Part shown: positions 1-9,297 of the stretch, in pieces
Layout of the letters: the number at the start of each line of letters is the position of its first letter
How positions within the stretch are numbered: the stretch's first letter is position 1
DNA from: an uncultured Clostridium sp.
GTDB lineage: Bacteria > Bacillota > Clostridia > TANB77 > CAG-508
DNA length: 64,000 nucleotides
Direction of reading: 5' to 3'
NCBI GenBank assembly: GCA_947303785.1
Contig: CAMYZH010000001.1
Location: 3,896-67,895 of the forward strand
Notes under the pieces: model-generated
The model's input: the letters and a program-made list of their open reading frames with translations, nothing else
Told to the model about the DNA's origin: nothing
Databases searched by the model: none
Position numbers and translations under genes: made by a program

Positions 1-26
1 CATTTTTATTCTTTCTTTATTTATTT

Positions 27-695
27 TTATTCACTTAATATATATCCTACACCTCTAAGTGTTTTAATGTATTTATCATAACCGTATTTTTTTAATTCTT
101 TTCTTAGACTACTTGCATAAACTTCAATAACATTTGTGGAGGTATCTGAATCAAATCCCCATATTTTGTCAAAAATTTGTTCCTTTGTAATTATTGTATC
201 TTTGGATTGAATAAGATATTCAAGTAAATCAAATTGTTTTCCTTGTAGATTTACTTCTTTTTTATTTATGTATGCCTTACGATTTTTAAGATTTAATTTT
301 AAATCTTTAAAATCTAATATATTATTTTTAAAAAATGAATTATTTCTTCTAACTAGTGCATCAAGTCTTGCGAGTAATTCTTCTCTTTCAAATGGTTTTA
401 CTAAATAATCGTCTGCTCCTAGATTTAGACTTTTAACCTTGTCTGAAACAGAGTCTTTAGCTGTTAATATAAGTACTGGAGTTAGTATTCCTTCATTTCT
501 TAATTTTGCAAGTACTTCATTCCCATTCATTTCTGGCATCATTAAATCTAGTATAATTACATCATATATATTTTCTTTTGCATACATATATCCTTCATAA
601 CCGTCTAGCGCTTGTTCTGTATTATATTTTTTTTCAATACACTGTTTTATGGTATCTGAAAGAATTTTATCATCTTCGACAATTAAGGCTTTCAT
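27..695 (-). CDS. OmpR/PhoB-family two-component response regulator (receiver + winged-helix DNA-binding domain)
   Basis: 222 aa. Receiver motifs are present: acidic pair EDD near the N-terminus, phospho-acceptor context ILDLMMP, LTAK, and ADDYLVKPF. The C-terminal winged helix shows KEQIFDKIWG ... LRGVGY. An ATG on the minus strand at positions 3-1 suggests the partner kinase continues off-window. Confidence 0.9.
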   Translation of the reverse strand: MKALIVEDDKILSDTIKQCIEKKYNTEQALDGYEGYMYAKENIYDVIILDLMMPEMNGNEVLAKLRNEGILTPVLILTAKDSVSDKVKSLNLGADDYLVKPFEREELLARLDALVRRNNSFFKNNILDFKDLKLNLKNRKAYINKKEVNLQGKQFDLLEYLIQSKDTIITKEQIFDKIWGFDSDTSTNVIEVYASSLRKELKKYGYDKYIKTLRGVGYILSE

Positions 696-770
696 CTTAA
701 TCCTCCTTTTAGTTTTGTAATTATATCATATTTTTGAATGATTATATATTTATTAACTTAAAAATTGCTT

Positions 771-809
771 AAAAAAGGGCTTAATTAATAAATAATTAAG
801 CCCTTTTTT
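771..809. terminator. Bidirectional rho-independent terminator hairpin
   Basis: GGGCTTAATTA / TAATTAAGCCC stem (777-803) flanked by an A-run (771-776) and a T-run (804-809). It lies directly after the stop of the 811.. gene. Confidence 0.6.
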
Positions 810-810
810 C

Positions 811-1794
811 TTATAGTATTGATGTTTTATTTCCTGTATTTATAGCATTTTTACTAGTTTCTTCTTTATTTAATTGCTTTGATTTACTACTTTTTTCATC
901 AGATTTTTCTTTCTCTTTTGTCTCCTTTTCTTCAGTTTCCTTTTCTTTAGCTTCCTTTTCTTCGGCTTCTTTTTTCAATTTCTTAGCTTCTTCTAATTCG
1001 TCAACAAGTTTTTGAATATCTTTATCCTTTGGTAATAATTTTGAAGCTTTATTTATTTGTGTTTCAGCTTTACTTAAATCTTTTTTTATTAATTCTCTAG
1101 CTTCTAGGATAAAACTATCTTTATATTTATTTTCTATCTTTTCAATTTGGTCATCCACATCTTCAAAGCCATTAGAATCAATTTCAGAAATGTATTCTAA
1201 TATTTTTAATGTATCTTGGCTTTCTTCTAATTTTTCGACTTCTGATTTAATTTTTTCAATAAATATCTCTGATTTTTTATCTAATACAATTTGTTCATCT
1301 TTATAGTCTTCTTCTATTTCATTTAATACTTTTAAAGCTTTGTCAAATTTTTTATCTTTTAAATAGCTATCAGATTCTGTTAAATATTCATTTAGGTATA
1401 ATTGATATACTTCTTTTTGTTTATTTTTGACTTCTGAATATTTTGAATAATTTTCATCTATTGTTTCTAATAAATCAATAGCGTTTTTATAATCTTTATT
1501 TTTGATTGAAATAACTGCTGTTTTATAAATTTGGTTCATTTTTTCATCATATAATTGTTTTTCTTTTTGAGTTAAAAACTTTTGAGAATAAATAAACCCT
1601 ACTAAAAGTAATATAATTACAAAAACTATTCCTAATATAAAATTTCTAAATTTTCGGCTAAATGAATTTTTTATTCTTTCTTTTTCCTCTCGAATTGCTA
1701 CTTTCTCTTCCATTTTACGTTGTTTTTCTTCTAATTTCATTTCTTGTGCTTTTAATTTCAAATCTTTTTTGGTGACTACCTTATTTTCATCCAT
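811..1794 (-). CDS. Hypothetical membrane-anchored K/E-rich coiled-coil protein
   Basis: Long ORF with one TM helix (ILGIVFVIILLLVGFIY) and a very Lys/Glu-rich C-terminal tail. The track ORF extends to a TTG at 1860. I prefer the ATG at 1794 (MDENKVV), which follows AAAGGA. No recognisable family. Confidence 0.5.
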   Translation of the reverse strand: MDENKVVTKKDLKLKAQEMKLEEKQRKMEEKVAIREEKERIKNSFSRKFRNFILGIVFVIILLLVGFIYSQKFLTQKEKQLYDEKMNQIYKTAVISIKNKDYKNAIDLLETIDENYSKYSEVKNKQKEVYQLYLNEYLTESDSYLKDKKFDKALKVLNEIEEDYKDEQIVLDKKSEIFIEKIKSEVEKLEESQDTLKILEYISEIDSNGFEDVDDQIEKIENKYKDSFILEARELIKKDLSKAETQINKASKLLPKDKDIQKLVDELEEAKKLKKEAEEKEAKEKETEEKETKEKEKSDEKSSKSKQLNKEETSKNAINTGNKTSIL

Positions 1795-1864
1795 ATTAAA
1801 ACTATCCTTTCGCTTTAATAAATATATATTTACTATATACCAAATCATTAATTTTTGCAATTAT

Positions 1865-1897
1865 AAAAATAAATGCCATCCATTTTTCTTGGATGGC
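1865..1897 (-). terminator. Rho-independent terminator after the permease gene
   Basis: GCCATCCA / TGGATGGC stem (1875-1897), followed on the minus strand by a T-rich run. Confidence 0.6.
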
Positions 1898-1991
1898 TTG
1901 GGGAAGAAAAAAATTTTCAAGACTATATATTTCTTAGTCTTTATGTATATATAATACTATTTAAATATTAAAATAAACTTAAAAATAAAAA

Positions 1992-2807
1992 TTATTTTAA
2001 TATAATTTTATTTATTATTTTTGTAATACCCAATAATATAATATACACAAAAACAATACTTGCACCTGTTGGAAAGCTTAAATAAAAACTTACAAGTATT
2101 CCTAGTATAAAGCAAATCACTGAAATAATTCCAGATGTAATAATTAATTGCTTAAAACTAGATGTTAATCCTTTCGCTATAATGCTTGGAAATACAATTA
2201 GACTTGAGATTAAAAGTGTTCCCATCATTCTCATTCCTATAACTACAATTAATGCAGTTAAAAATGATATTAAAAACTGATAAAATGTGACATTGATTCC
2301 TCTTGATCTTGCAAATTTTTCATCATATGTTATCATAAAAAGTCTGTTATAATAAATCATATATATAGCAAAGACTGCTATTGAAAGAATTATACTAATT
2401 ATCACATCAGCTTTTGACATTGATAATATACTTCCAAACATGTAATTTGAAACATCTATATTAAACCCTGTAGAGATTGATGTAATTATTATTCCAGATG
2501 CTAATGCTCCTGTAGAAACTAATGCAATTAGTATATCTCCACTTTCGCCTTTTTTCTGGCTTATTAACATTATTATTATTGCTGCTATTAAAACAATTGG
2601 TAATGAAATATACATTGGTGGAAGGTCTAATGCTACAGCTAATGTTAAAGCTGCAAATCCTACCTCACCCAGTCCATGACCTATCATTGAATAATTTTTT
2701 AATACAAGTATTACACCAATTAGTGCTGCACAAATAGAAATTGCAATTCCACAAATCAATGCTCTTTGTATAAAAGAATAGTTTAATAAATTAATTATTT
2801 GCTCCAT
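1992..2807 (-). CDS. Metal (Zn/Mn) ABC transporter permease, ABC-3 / ZnuB-like
   Basis: 271 aa polytopic membrane protein with typical ABC-3 family length and composition. It sits in the same strand block as the ZnuA-like binding protein and ZnuC-like ATPase at 5170-6807. Confidence 0.8.
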   Translation of the reverse strand: MEQIINLLNYSFIQRALICGIAISICAALIGVILVLKNYSMIGHGLGEVGFAALTLAVALDLPPMYISLPIVLIAAIIIMLISQKKGESGDILIALVSTGALASGIIITSISTGFNIDVSNYMFGSILSMSKADVIISIILSIAVFAIYMIYYNRLFMITYDEKFARSRGINVTFYQFLISFLTALIVVIGMRMMGTLLISSLIVFPSIIAKGLTSSFKQLIITSGIISVICFILGILVSFYLSFPTGASIVFVYIILLGITKIINKIILK

Positions 2808-2837
2808 TTTGACCTCTTATTTTTATATACTTTGTAT

Positions 2838-2866
2838 ATTTTATCATAATTCTAAAATTCTAGCAA
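2838..2866 (-). promoter_or_regulatory. Putative sigma-A promoter for the permease gene
   Basis: Minus strand TTGCTA (2866-2861), 17 nt spacer, TAAAAT (2843-2838), about 30 nt upstream of the AGAGG RBS and ATG at 2807. Confidence 0.4.
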
Positions 2867-2880
2867 TATGTGGAGGTCTA

Positions 2881-2925
2881 ATAAAATTGGATTAAACCAA
2901 ATGAATTGTTTTAATCCAATTTTAT
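2881..2925. repeat. Perfect 16-bp inverted repeat with a 13-nt spacer
   Basis: ATAAAATTGGATTAAA (2881-2896) is the exact reverse complement of TTTAATCCAATTTTAT (2910-2925). It lies between a terminator and the permease promoter. Confidence 0.8.
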
Positions 2926-2956
2926 AAAAAAATAATAGCGACCATTTCTGGTCGCT
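2926..2956 (-). terminator. Rho-independent terminator after the 212-aa gene
   Basis: AGCGACCA / TGGTCGCT stem (2937-2956), followed on the minus strand by TATTATTTTTTT. Confidence 0.6.
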
Positions 2957-2966
2957 AAACTTTTTA

Positions 2967-3605
2967 TTAATATAAATAATCATAATATGATGAATATGAT
3001 GAACTTGTGCTACTTACATAAGGGCTAGAAATAACTTTTCCTTTGTAAAGAATGAATGTAGCTGTTCCTGTTTGTGTAACCTTAGTAGTTTTTTCTTTTT
3101 TCCACATTGAATCTTCATCTTCGTCTTCATCTCTATCTTTATCTTTCTTTGGATTATATGTAACTTCAACTAAAGCTCTAACTTTAACTAAGTTACTATT
3201 TTTCTTTGCTTTAGTAGTAGAAATGATTTTCTTTACTTTGTAAGTATAAACTCCTTTTTCACCATCTTTAAAGCTATCTTTAATTTGATCTCTGTAGTCT
3301 TTTACATCATCTTCCTCTACATCTTTAACAGCATCTTTGAAATTTTTAATATCTTCTTCATCTGATTTATCTAACTCAGCATATGCAATAGCAGCTTCTA
3401 AATCCATTGATTTTGCAACTTTTGTTCCGCTGCAAGAATTTATAGCATTTAAATGCTTTTTGATAGCTCTTTTTGAAGATCCTCCTCCTAAAGCTACAGC
3501 TAGTATTATTACTAAAACTACTGCTACAATGCAAACAATTGAAGCTACTAAATGAGATTTAACCCATGCTCCACAATTTGCAAAAAATCCTTTAACTTTT
3601 TCCAT
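2967..3605 (-). CDS. Hypothetical N-terminally anchored protein with acidic/basic low-complexity regions
   Basis: 212 aa with one TM helix (LVASIVCIVAVVLVIILAVAL), a D/E/K-rich body and an S/Y-rich C-terminus. No recognisable family. Confidence 0.5.
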   Translation of the reverse strand: MEKVKGFFANCGAWVKSHLVASIVCIVAVVLVIILAVALGGGSSKRAIKKHLNAINSCSGTKVAKSMDLEAAIAYAELDKSDEEDIKNFKDAVKDVEEDDVKDYRDQIKDSFKDGEKGVYTYKVKKIISTTKAKKNSNLVKVRALVEVTYNPKKDKDRDEDEDEDSMWKKEKTTKVTQTGTATFILYKGKVISSPYVSSTSSSYSSYYDYLY

Positions 3606-3713
3606 CGTATTTTCCCCTTTCAGAAATTATTTAATAAATTTTCTTTAAATTATATTGTCATTATATTAAATAGATTCTAAAATATCAATACATATTTTAA
3701 AATTTTTTTTATT

Positions 3714-5180
3714 TTATATACCTATTGGACATAAATCATCTGTTGCAATTTTTTCTACACATTGAAATTGAGTTAATTCTTTATCAAGATAATTTTTATA
3801 TTTTTCTGTATTATTCTCATCAGGTTCAAGTTTTTTATTAGAGCCAATTAATATTATATTTTGTATTTCATCATCATTAAAATAATCTTTTTGTATTTGA
3901 AAAATCTTAACATCATCAAACACTGCTTTGTATGTCGCATACTCATATTTTATCATTTTAGAGTTTGTTCCTGTTAAAGATCCTACAATATTTGTTATTA
4001 CTATTCCATCATCAGAAAGGCTTCTTTTTACTTGTTGCATTGCTTCATATGTAGTTAATTGAAATGGTGCGTTTAGCCCCTTAAATGCATCTATTAAAAT
4101 ACAGTCATATTTTTTGGTATTAGTGTTTAAGTATCTTCTTCCATCTTCGTGGTATATTTTTAAATTTGAATTATTTGTATCTAAATTGAAAAATTGTTTT
4201 GCTATTTCAGTCATCTTAGGGTCTATTTCTACAACATCAATTTTTTTATCTGGATATTTATTTAAATAATAAGTTGGATATGTATATGCTGCTCCACCAA
4301 TCATTAATACATTATTAGTATCAGGTTTATAAATCTCAAATAAATCATAATATTTAAGATATGTACTTGATAGCTCATTATCCTTTGAATCTATTGATTC
4401 TAGGCCTAAGTCAACTTGTAAAGTATTAAATTCATTGCCACCTGAATCATGTATTTTTTTTACCCAAATTCTACTATATTGTGAATCTGTATCTAATAAT
4501 ATATCAGAATTTTTTTTGAAAAATAATTGTTTTCCAATGAAATATAAAAAAACTAATAAAACTAACATTATTATTGCTTTTATAATATATTTTATGTCTT
4601 TATCTTCTCTTAACAAAAAAGATAATATACATAAAATAATCACAATCATCAAAATAACATTTTTAACTCCTAATTTTGGTATTAATAGAAATCCTGCCAA
4701 AAATGTTCCTACAATACTTCCTACTGTGGAACAAGCTGAAATTCTCCCTGAAGTTTTTCCTATATTTCCTAGCTCATCTCCTTCTAATTTAACAGCAAAA
4801 GGTGAAGCCATAGCAAGTAACATACTAGGAATTCCAAATGTAATTGTAGATGTTATTATTGCAATTAAAGGTAAACTTAAGCTTGTATTTGAAAGAGGTT
4901 TTATTACATATATTTCTATTAATGGAATTAAACATATAAAAATTCCAGCATCTAATAAAAATAAAGATAGTAGATTTAATTTAGGATGTTTATCTGAAAT
5001 CTTTCCTCCAATATAATATCCTAAACTCATAAATGCAAGCATCATTCCAATTATACATGTCCAAATTAAATTAGAATTACCTAAATATGGAGATAATATC
5101 CTCGAGGCAACTAATTCAACTATCATGCCTATTCCACCGGTTATAAATGCTACTATTTCTAAAATATATTTATTTTTCAT
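3714..5180 (-). CDS. Fused polytopic membrane domain / spermidine-synthase-like (class I SAM-MTase fold) protein
   Basis: 488 aa. The N-terminal ~200 aa are multi-TM. The C-terminal domain has the spermidine-synthase-like motif VLMIGGAAYTYP ... IDVVEIDP ... YDCILIDAF. The start overlaps the ATPase stop by 11 nt. Confidence 0.75.
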   Translation of the reverse strand: MKNKYILEIVAFITGGIGMIVELVASRILSPYLGNSNLIWTCIIGMMLAFMSLGYYIGGKISDKHPKLNLLSLFLLDAGIFICLIPLIEIYVIKPLSNTSLSLPLIAIITSTITFGIPSMLLAMASPFAVKLEGDELGNIGKTSGRISACSTVGSIVGTFLAGFLLIPKLGVKNVILMIVIILCILSFLLREDKDIKYIIKAIIMLVLLVFLYFIGKQLFFKKNSDILLDTDSQYSRIWVKKIHDSGGNEFNTLQVDLGLESIDSKDNELSSTYLKYYDLFEIYKPDTNNVLMIGGAAYTYPTYYLNKYPDKKIDVVEIDPKMTEIAKQFFNLDTNNSNLKIYHEDGRRYLNTNTKKYDCILIDAFKGLNAPFQLTTYEAMQQVKRSLSDDGIVITNIVGSLTGTNSKMIKYEYATYKAVFDDVKIFQIQKDYFNDDEIQNIILIGSNKKLEPDENNTEKYKNYLDKELTQFQCVEKIATDDLCPIGI

Positions 5181-5835
5181 TTGTATAATCTCCTATTTTA
5201 CCGTCAAACACTATTTCTTGATCTAATGCTATTACTCTAATATTTTTGTTTGTCAATTCATCTATATCATGTGTTGCCATTATTATAGAAATCTTATCAT
5301 TTTCATATAAATCATCTAATATTTTATAAAATAATTTTATAGAAAATGCATCTAATCCACTGCAAGGTTCGTCTAAAATCAATAATTTTGGTTTACCTAT
5401 TAATGTTCTAGCAAGTAATACACGTTGTCTTTGACCTCCTGATAAATCACCTATTTTTTTATAAATTAAGTCTTCAATTTTTAGTTTTTTTATTATTTTT
5501 TCAAATTCTTCTTCATCATTTTTACTATAAAATGGCTTAATTCCATGTTTTTGAGTTCCTGTCATTATTATTTCTTTGGCAGTTGCTGGAAATTCTATAT
5601 CTGTCATGTTATTTTGTGCTAAATAAGATATTTCAGATCTTGGTAATCTATATTCAATATCTCCAGAATATTTCTTATTTAATCCAGCAATCGCCTTTAT
5701 TAGTGTACTTTTACCAGATCCATTTTTCCCGACTAGACAAATATATTCATCTTCATTAATTGTAAGATTTATATTCTTTATTGCTATATGCTCATTATAT
5801 TTTATTTATATATTTTTTACATTAATAATACTCAA
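5170..5835 (-). pseudogene. ZnuC-like ABC transporter ATP-binding protein, interrupted by an in-frame TAA at codon 10
   Basis: The track ORF (5170-5607) has the signature LSGGQRQR and Walker B LLILDEP but lacks Walker A. Reading the same frame upstream gives LVGKNGSGKST (Walker A) and a TTG start at 5835 behind GGTGGA. There is one in-frame TAA at 5808-5806 (NVKNI*IKYNEH). Confidence 0.75.
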
Positions 5836-5847
5836 AATTTTCCACCT

Positions 5848-6807
5848 CTAATTTAATGCTTCCTTAAGATTTTCTAAATTCCTATACATAATTGATAAAT
5901 AATTTTCATTAGAATTTAATTGATTTTTAGTAACTGTATGTAGACTATGAAATTCTAAACATTTAGCTCCTGTTTCTTCTGATATTCGTTTGGCATAATT
6001 TGATGAAGATAGTTCCTTATAGAAAATAACTGGTAAATTATCTTTTTTGACTTCTTCTATTACACTATATAGTTTTTTTACACTTGGTTCATTACCTTCT
6101 CCGCAAGAATCATAAGCTGTCACAAAATTTAAATTATATCTTTTGATAAAATATGCATAAGCAAAAGGTCCTCCAAATGCAATTTTATTTCTCTTTGAAT
6201 TGTTTACAGTATTCATGATAGACTCATCTAATTCTTGAAGTTTTAAAATATACTTTTCCGCATTTTCTTTATAATATTCACTATTATTAGGATCTATCTT
6301 TGATAGGTGTTCTTGGATATTTCTTACCATTAAAATTGATTTTGTTGGATCAAGCCAAATATGAGTGTCATATTTTTCATGTTCCTCATGCTCCTCGTGT
6401 TCTTCTGTATTTTTCAAATATTCTTCTTCAAATTCTTCATTTTCTATTAACTCAATATTGTCTGCTACACTATTTATATTGCTATTATCATCAATACCGG
6501 TAGTAATTGTTTCTACCCATGGTTCTAGCTGATTACTTGTATAAAAAAACACATCTGAGTCTTGAATACTTGCAATATCTTGTGTTGATGGATCATAATC
6601 ATGTATTTCGACTCCAGGTGGTAGTAACATTACAACTGTTGCTTTATCTCCAGCAACCTCTTTGGTAAAATCATAAACTGGATAAATACTTGTTGTTATA
6701 TATAGTTTTCCATCTTCTTTTCGTGTTTTATTATTATATCCAAAAATTGCTACTATTCCAATTACAACTATAATCAAAATAAATAATGAAATAATTGTTT
6801 TTTTCAA
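5848..6807 (-). CDS. Zinc ABC transporter substrate-binding lipoprotein, ZnuA/AdcA (cluster A-I) type
   Basis: 319 aa with a signal anchor, the conserved IHDYDPS region and DTHIWLDP. The acidic/His-rich loop EEHEEHEEHEKYDTH is typical of zinc-specific members. Confidence 0.85.
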   Translation of the reverse strand: MKKTIISLFILIIVVIGIVAIFGYNNKTRKEDGKLYITTSIYPVYDFTKEVAGDKATVVMLLPPGVEIHDYDPSTQDIASIQDSDVFFYTSNQLEPWVETITTGIDDNSNINSVADNIELIENEEFEEEYLKNTEEHEEHEEHEKYDTHIWLDPTKSILMVRNIQEHLSKIDPNNSEYYKENAEKYILKLQELDESIMNTVNNSKRNKIAFGGPFAYAYFIKRYNLNFVTAYDSCGEGNEPSVKKLYSVIEEVKKDNLPVIFYKELSSSNYAKRISEETGAKCLEFHSLHTVTKNQLNSNENYLSIMYRNLENLKEALN

Positions 6808-6821
6808 AGAATTTCCCCCTT

Positions 6822-8124
6822 TTATTTTTTATAAAACTCTTCCCCTATAAATTCATAAAATATATCTGTTAAATTATTTATATATAAATCATAGCTTGAT
6901 ACTGTTTTTTTGTTATATAAACTGTAAATTCCTGAATAACCTGGATTTTCAATTTCACTTCCATCCGTATTTTTTAAAGTGATTTTTTTTCCTGTTAAAT
7001 CTACTATATCATATTCTAAGTTACTCGGAAATCCAAAGCTATTAAAATTAACTCTTGCTGGCAAGTTTGCACATATCAATAGTCCTTCGTCTAATAGTAT
7101 CGGATTAATATAATCATATTCTATGTCTAATATTTTTTCAAAGTTTTTGTTTATAACAATATATTTATTATTCAAATTTTTAACTATATAAGCATCATCC
7201 AAAACAAAAATATCACGATATATGTCTGAAATCCTTTCATAATCTGTGTTTAAAAAATATACTGTATTATCATCGAAATTTTTTACCAATATATTATTAT
7301 CATAGAATTCTAAAATTTGAATATTCCCTGGTATTTCAATTCTTCTTGTTTCTTTATCATACCATCCTTGCATCTTTTCAGAAACTTTATAAAATGGTAA
7401 GTTCCCATTACTATATATGTAAAGGTGTGATCCATCAAATTTTAAATTATCACAATCAATACTTACTTTGATATTTGAATTTCCTTTTTTCATAAATTCA
7501 TATCTATTTATTCCGCCAGTTTGCGAAACTGTAATATAAATATCGTATTCATCATTAAAAGGATATCTATATGGTGATTTTTCATATGATGGTATATAAT
7601 TTATATTACTTGTAGGAACTTTAGAAAATTGCTCGCCTATAGTCCCTTCTTGTTTAAAGGTTTCATTATATAATAATTGTAATTTATCTAGTTGTCCTTG
7701 GTAATCATCTATGGAGATTTCGTTTTTAAAAGACATAACCGTTCTTTTGTTTTTTAAAATTATATATGATACATCTTCTTTACAAACAAGAGCAATATCA
7801 AAATTTTTGTCAAATTCATTAATTGTTATAAATGGAGATGCATAATCATATTCAAAATCTATTTTTATATTTCCATTTTTATCGATATATCCCCATTTGT
7901 TATTTCTTTTTACATTTAAATAAAACTCTGAATCTTCTCCTAAAACAGAAATATTCTTAAAATAATCAGTTTCATATTGGATATAACCTTTATTTTCTTT
8001 GCTTACAATCTCTTCGACTTTATCTTTATATGTTACAATATTAATTCCAACTAGTCCTATTGCAATTATTACTACTCCAACAATTGCAATAAATAATACT
8101 TTTTATGTTTAACAAGATTTTCAT
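6822..8124 (-). pseudogene. Membrane-anchored WG-repeat (KWG) protein, apparent +1 frameshift in an A5 run near the N-terminus
   Basis: The frame of the track ORF 6822-7736 stays open upstream to 8099 with no start codon. That stretch encodes a TM anchor (VLFIAIVGVVIIAIGLVGI) and a WG motif (KWGYIDKNGNIKIDFEYDYASPF). ATG at 8124 (MKILLNIK, behind AAGGGA) joins this frame if one A is removed from the run at 8098-8102. Confidence 0.6.
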
Positions 8125-8432
8125 GTATATTGTCCCTTAAGACTTGAATCATTATAATAAATGAAGCCAGTATATATATTATACTTATATATGGAAAATC
8201 AAAATAGTAGAAACATGACGATAAAATAGCTATAGTATATGAAAATAATAGTATCTTATCTTTTCGGTTAAATATTAATGCTATCAAATTAATAAAAGCG
8301 ACTGCTATAGTTAAAAATAGTATTAATCTATTGTTATCTCTTATAACAACCAGTTCTTCTCCGTGTTGCCCTAGATATGCTTGGCATATAAAAATTAAAT
8401 AATAATACTAGTATTCCAAATAATAGGTTCAT
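8072..8432 (-). pseudogene. Small polytopic membrane protein, apparent +1 frameshift in a homopolymer
   Basis: ATG at 8432 (MNLLFGILVLLFNFY) runs into a stop. The adjacent frame continues as ICQAYLGQHGEELVV...LIALIFNRKDK into the track ORF 8072-8287. The junction is at the A5/T5 run 8390-8394. Confidence 0.4.
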
Positions 8433-8448
8433 TGCTCCTACTATACTA

Positions 8449-9288
8449 TTAACAATTTTCCCTCTCATTTATTTCTTTTGTCTCCTCTACTTTTTTATCT
8501 AATCTTGTAATTCCAATTGTTGCAAGTAAAAATATCGCTACAATAATGATGCCTATTATTCCTTCTACAACACTTGCGTATTTTGGTATAAACATTACTA
8601 GTGAAGTAATTGAAAATCCAATAATTGCGTAATATGTGATTCCATAAAATTTTTTAAATAGATATGTTATCATACTAGCAGTTGTTAAAGCCAGTGCAAT
8701 ATAACCTATTCCAAATGGTATGATTACTCCAAAATTTAAAGATGTAAAACCAGTTAAAATAGGCGCCCAAACTCCCATATAAATTAAAATATGTATAGTT
8801 GTCATTCCAGGCATTACAGCTCCCCATGCGTAAATTGCTCCATAAATAATTAATTCTATAGGACTTAGATAGTGTGTTATTGATCCTGCTTTCGTATTAT
8901 TAGCCCAAAAAGTTAAAACAACTGTTATTATAAATGCTACTAAAATACTTATTAAGTATGTTTTTTTAAATCCTTCTTTATTTGCAACTTTAAATAATGT
9001 TGGTATACCTCCAATTATGATTCCTAAAAATGCGCTCCTTGTATATGCCTCATAATTATTTAGTAAAAAGCTTATTAATTTCGCGCAACATGCAGCACTA
9101 ATTAATATACCAATTAATATTGGCCAAATATACTTCAGATTTTCCTTGAAATTTCTAAAAGGATTTGCTATTATTTCCATACATCTATCATATATACCAA
9201 GCACAATTGCAAATGTGCCAGCTCCTGCTGTTAAAGCAGCGATACCAATAATCATACCTTTAATAAATTTTGTAATATTATCTCTCAT
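8449..9288 (-). CDS. DUF368-family polytopic membrane protein (polyprenyl-phosphate transporter family)
   Basis: 279 aa, about 8 TM. The N-terminal segment GMIIGIAALTAGAGTFAIVLGIYD resembles the DUF368 G-x-A-x-x-PGVSGGT-x-A-x-x-x-GIY motif. Confidence 0.55.
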   Translation of the reverse strand: MRDNITKFIKGMIIGIAALTAGAGTFAIVLGIYDRCMEIIANPFRNFKENLKYIWPILIGILISAACCAKLISFLLNNYEAYTRSAFLGIIIGGIPTLFKVANKEGFKKTYLISILVAFIITVVLTFWANNTKAGSITHYLSPIELIIYGAIYAWGAVMPGMTTIHILIYMGVWAPILTGFTSLNFGVIIPFGIGYIALALTTASMITYLFKKFYGITYYAIIGFSITSLVMFIPKYASVVEGIIGIIIVAIFLLATIGITRLDKKVEETKEINERENC

Positions 9289-9297
9289 AACTCTTCC

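Noticed and set aside
4435-5016. Long antisense ORFs inside well-supported genes, for example 4435-5016 (+), 50405-51022 (+), 57617-58087 (+), 41401-41826 (+) and 37019-37351 (+).
   Set aside because: They lie opposite genes with clear family motifs (spermidine-synthase-like, P-type ATPase, fba, MATE, ZIP). They have low-complexity S/F/I/L-rich translations, which are typical shadow ORFs in AT-rich DNA, and they lack an RBS.
5806-5808. The in-frame TAA as evidence for an alternative genetic code or programmed readthrough.
   Set aside because: TAA terminates many well-defined genes in the window at the expected lengths, and all long ORFs are intact under the standard bacterial code. A single point nonsense mutation or sequencing error is more parsimonious.
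8095-8105. The sequence CAUAAAAAG as a programmed -1/+1 ribosomal frameshift site.
   Set aside because: It is not a full X-XXY-YYZ heptamer and I saw no downstream stimulatory hairpin. The required event is a skip of one base near codon 8, which is better explained by a homopolymer indel.
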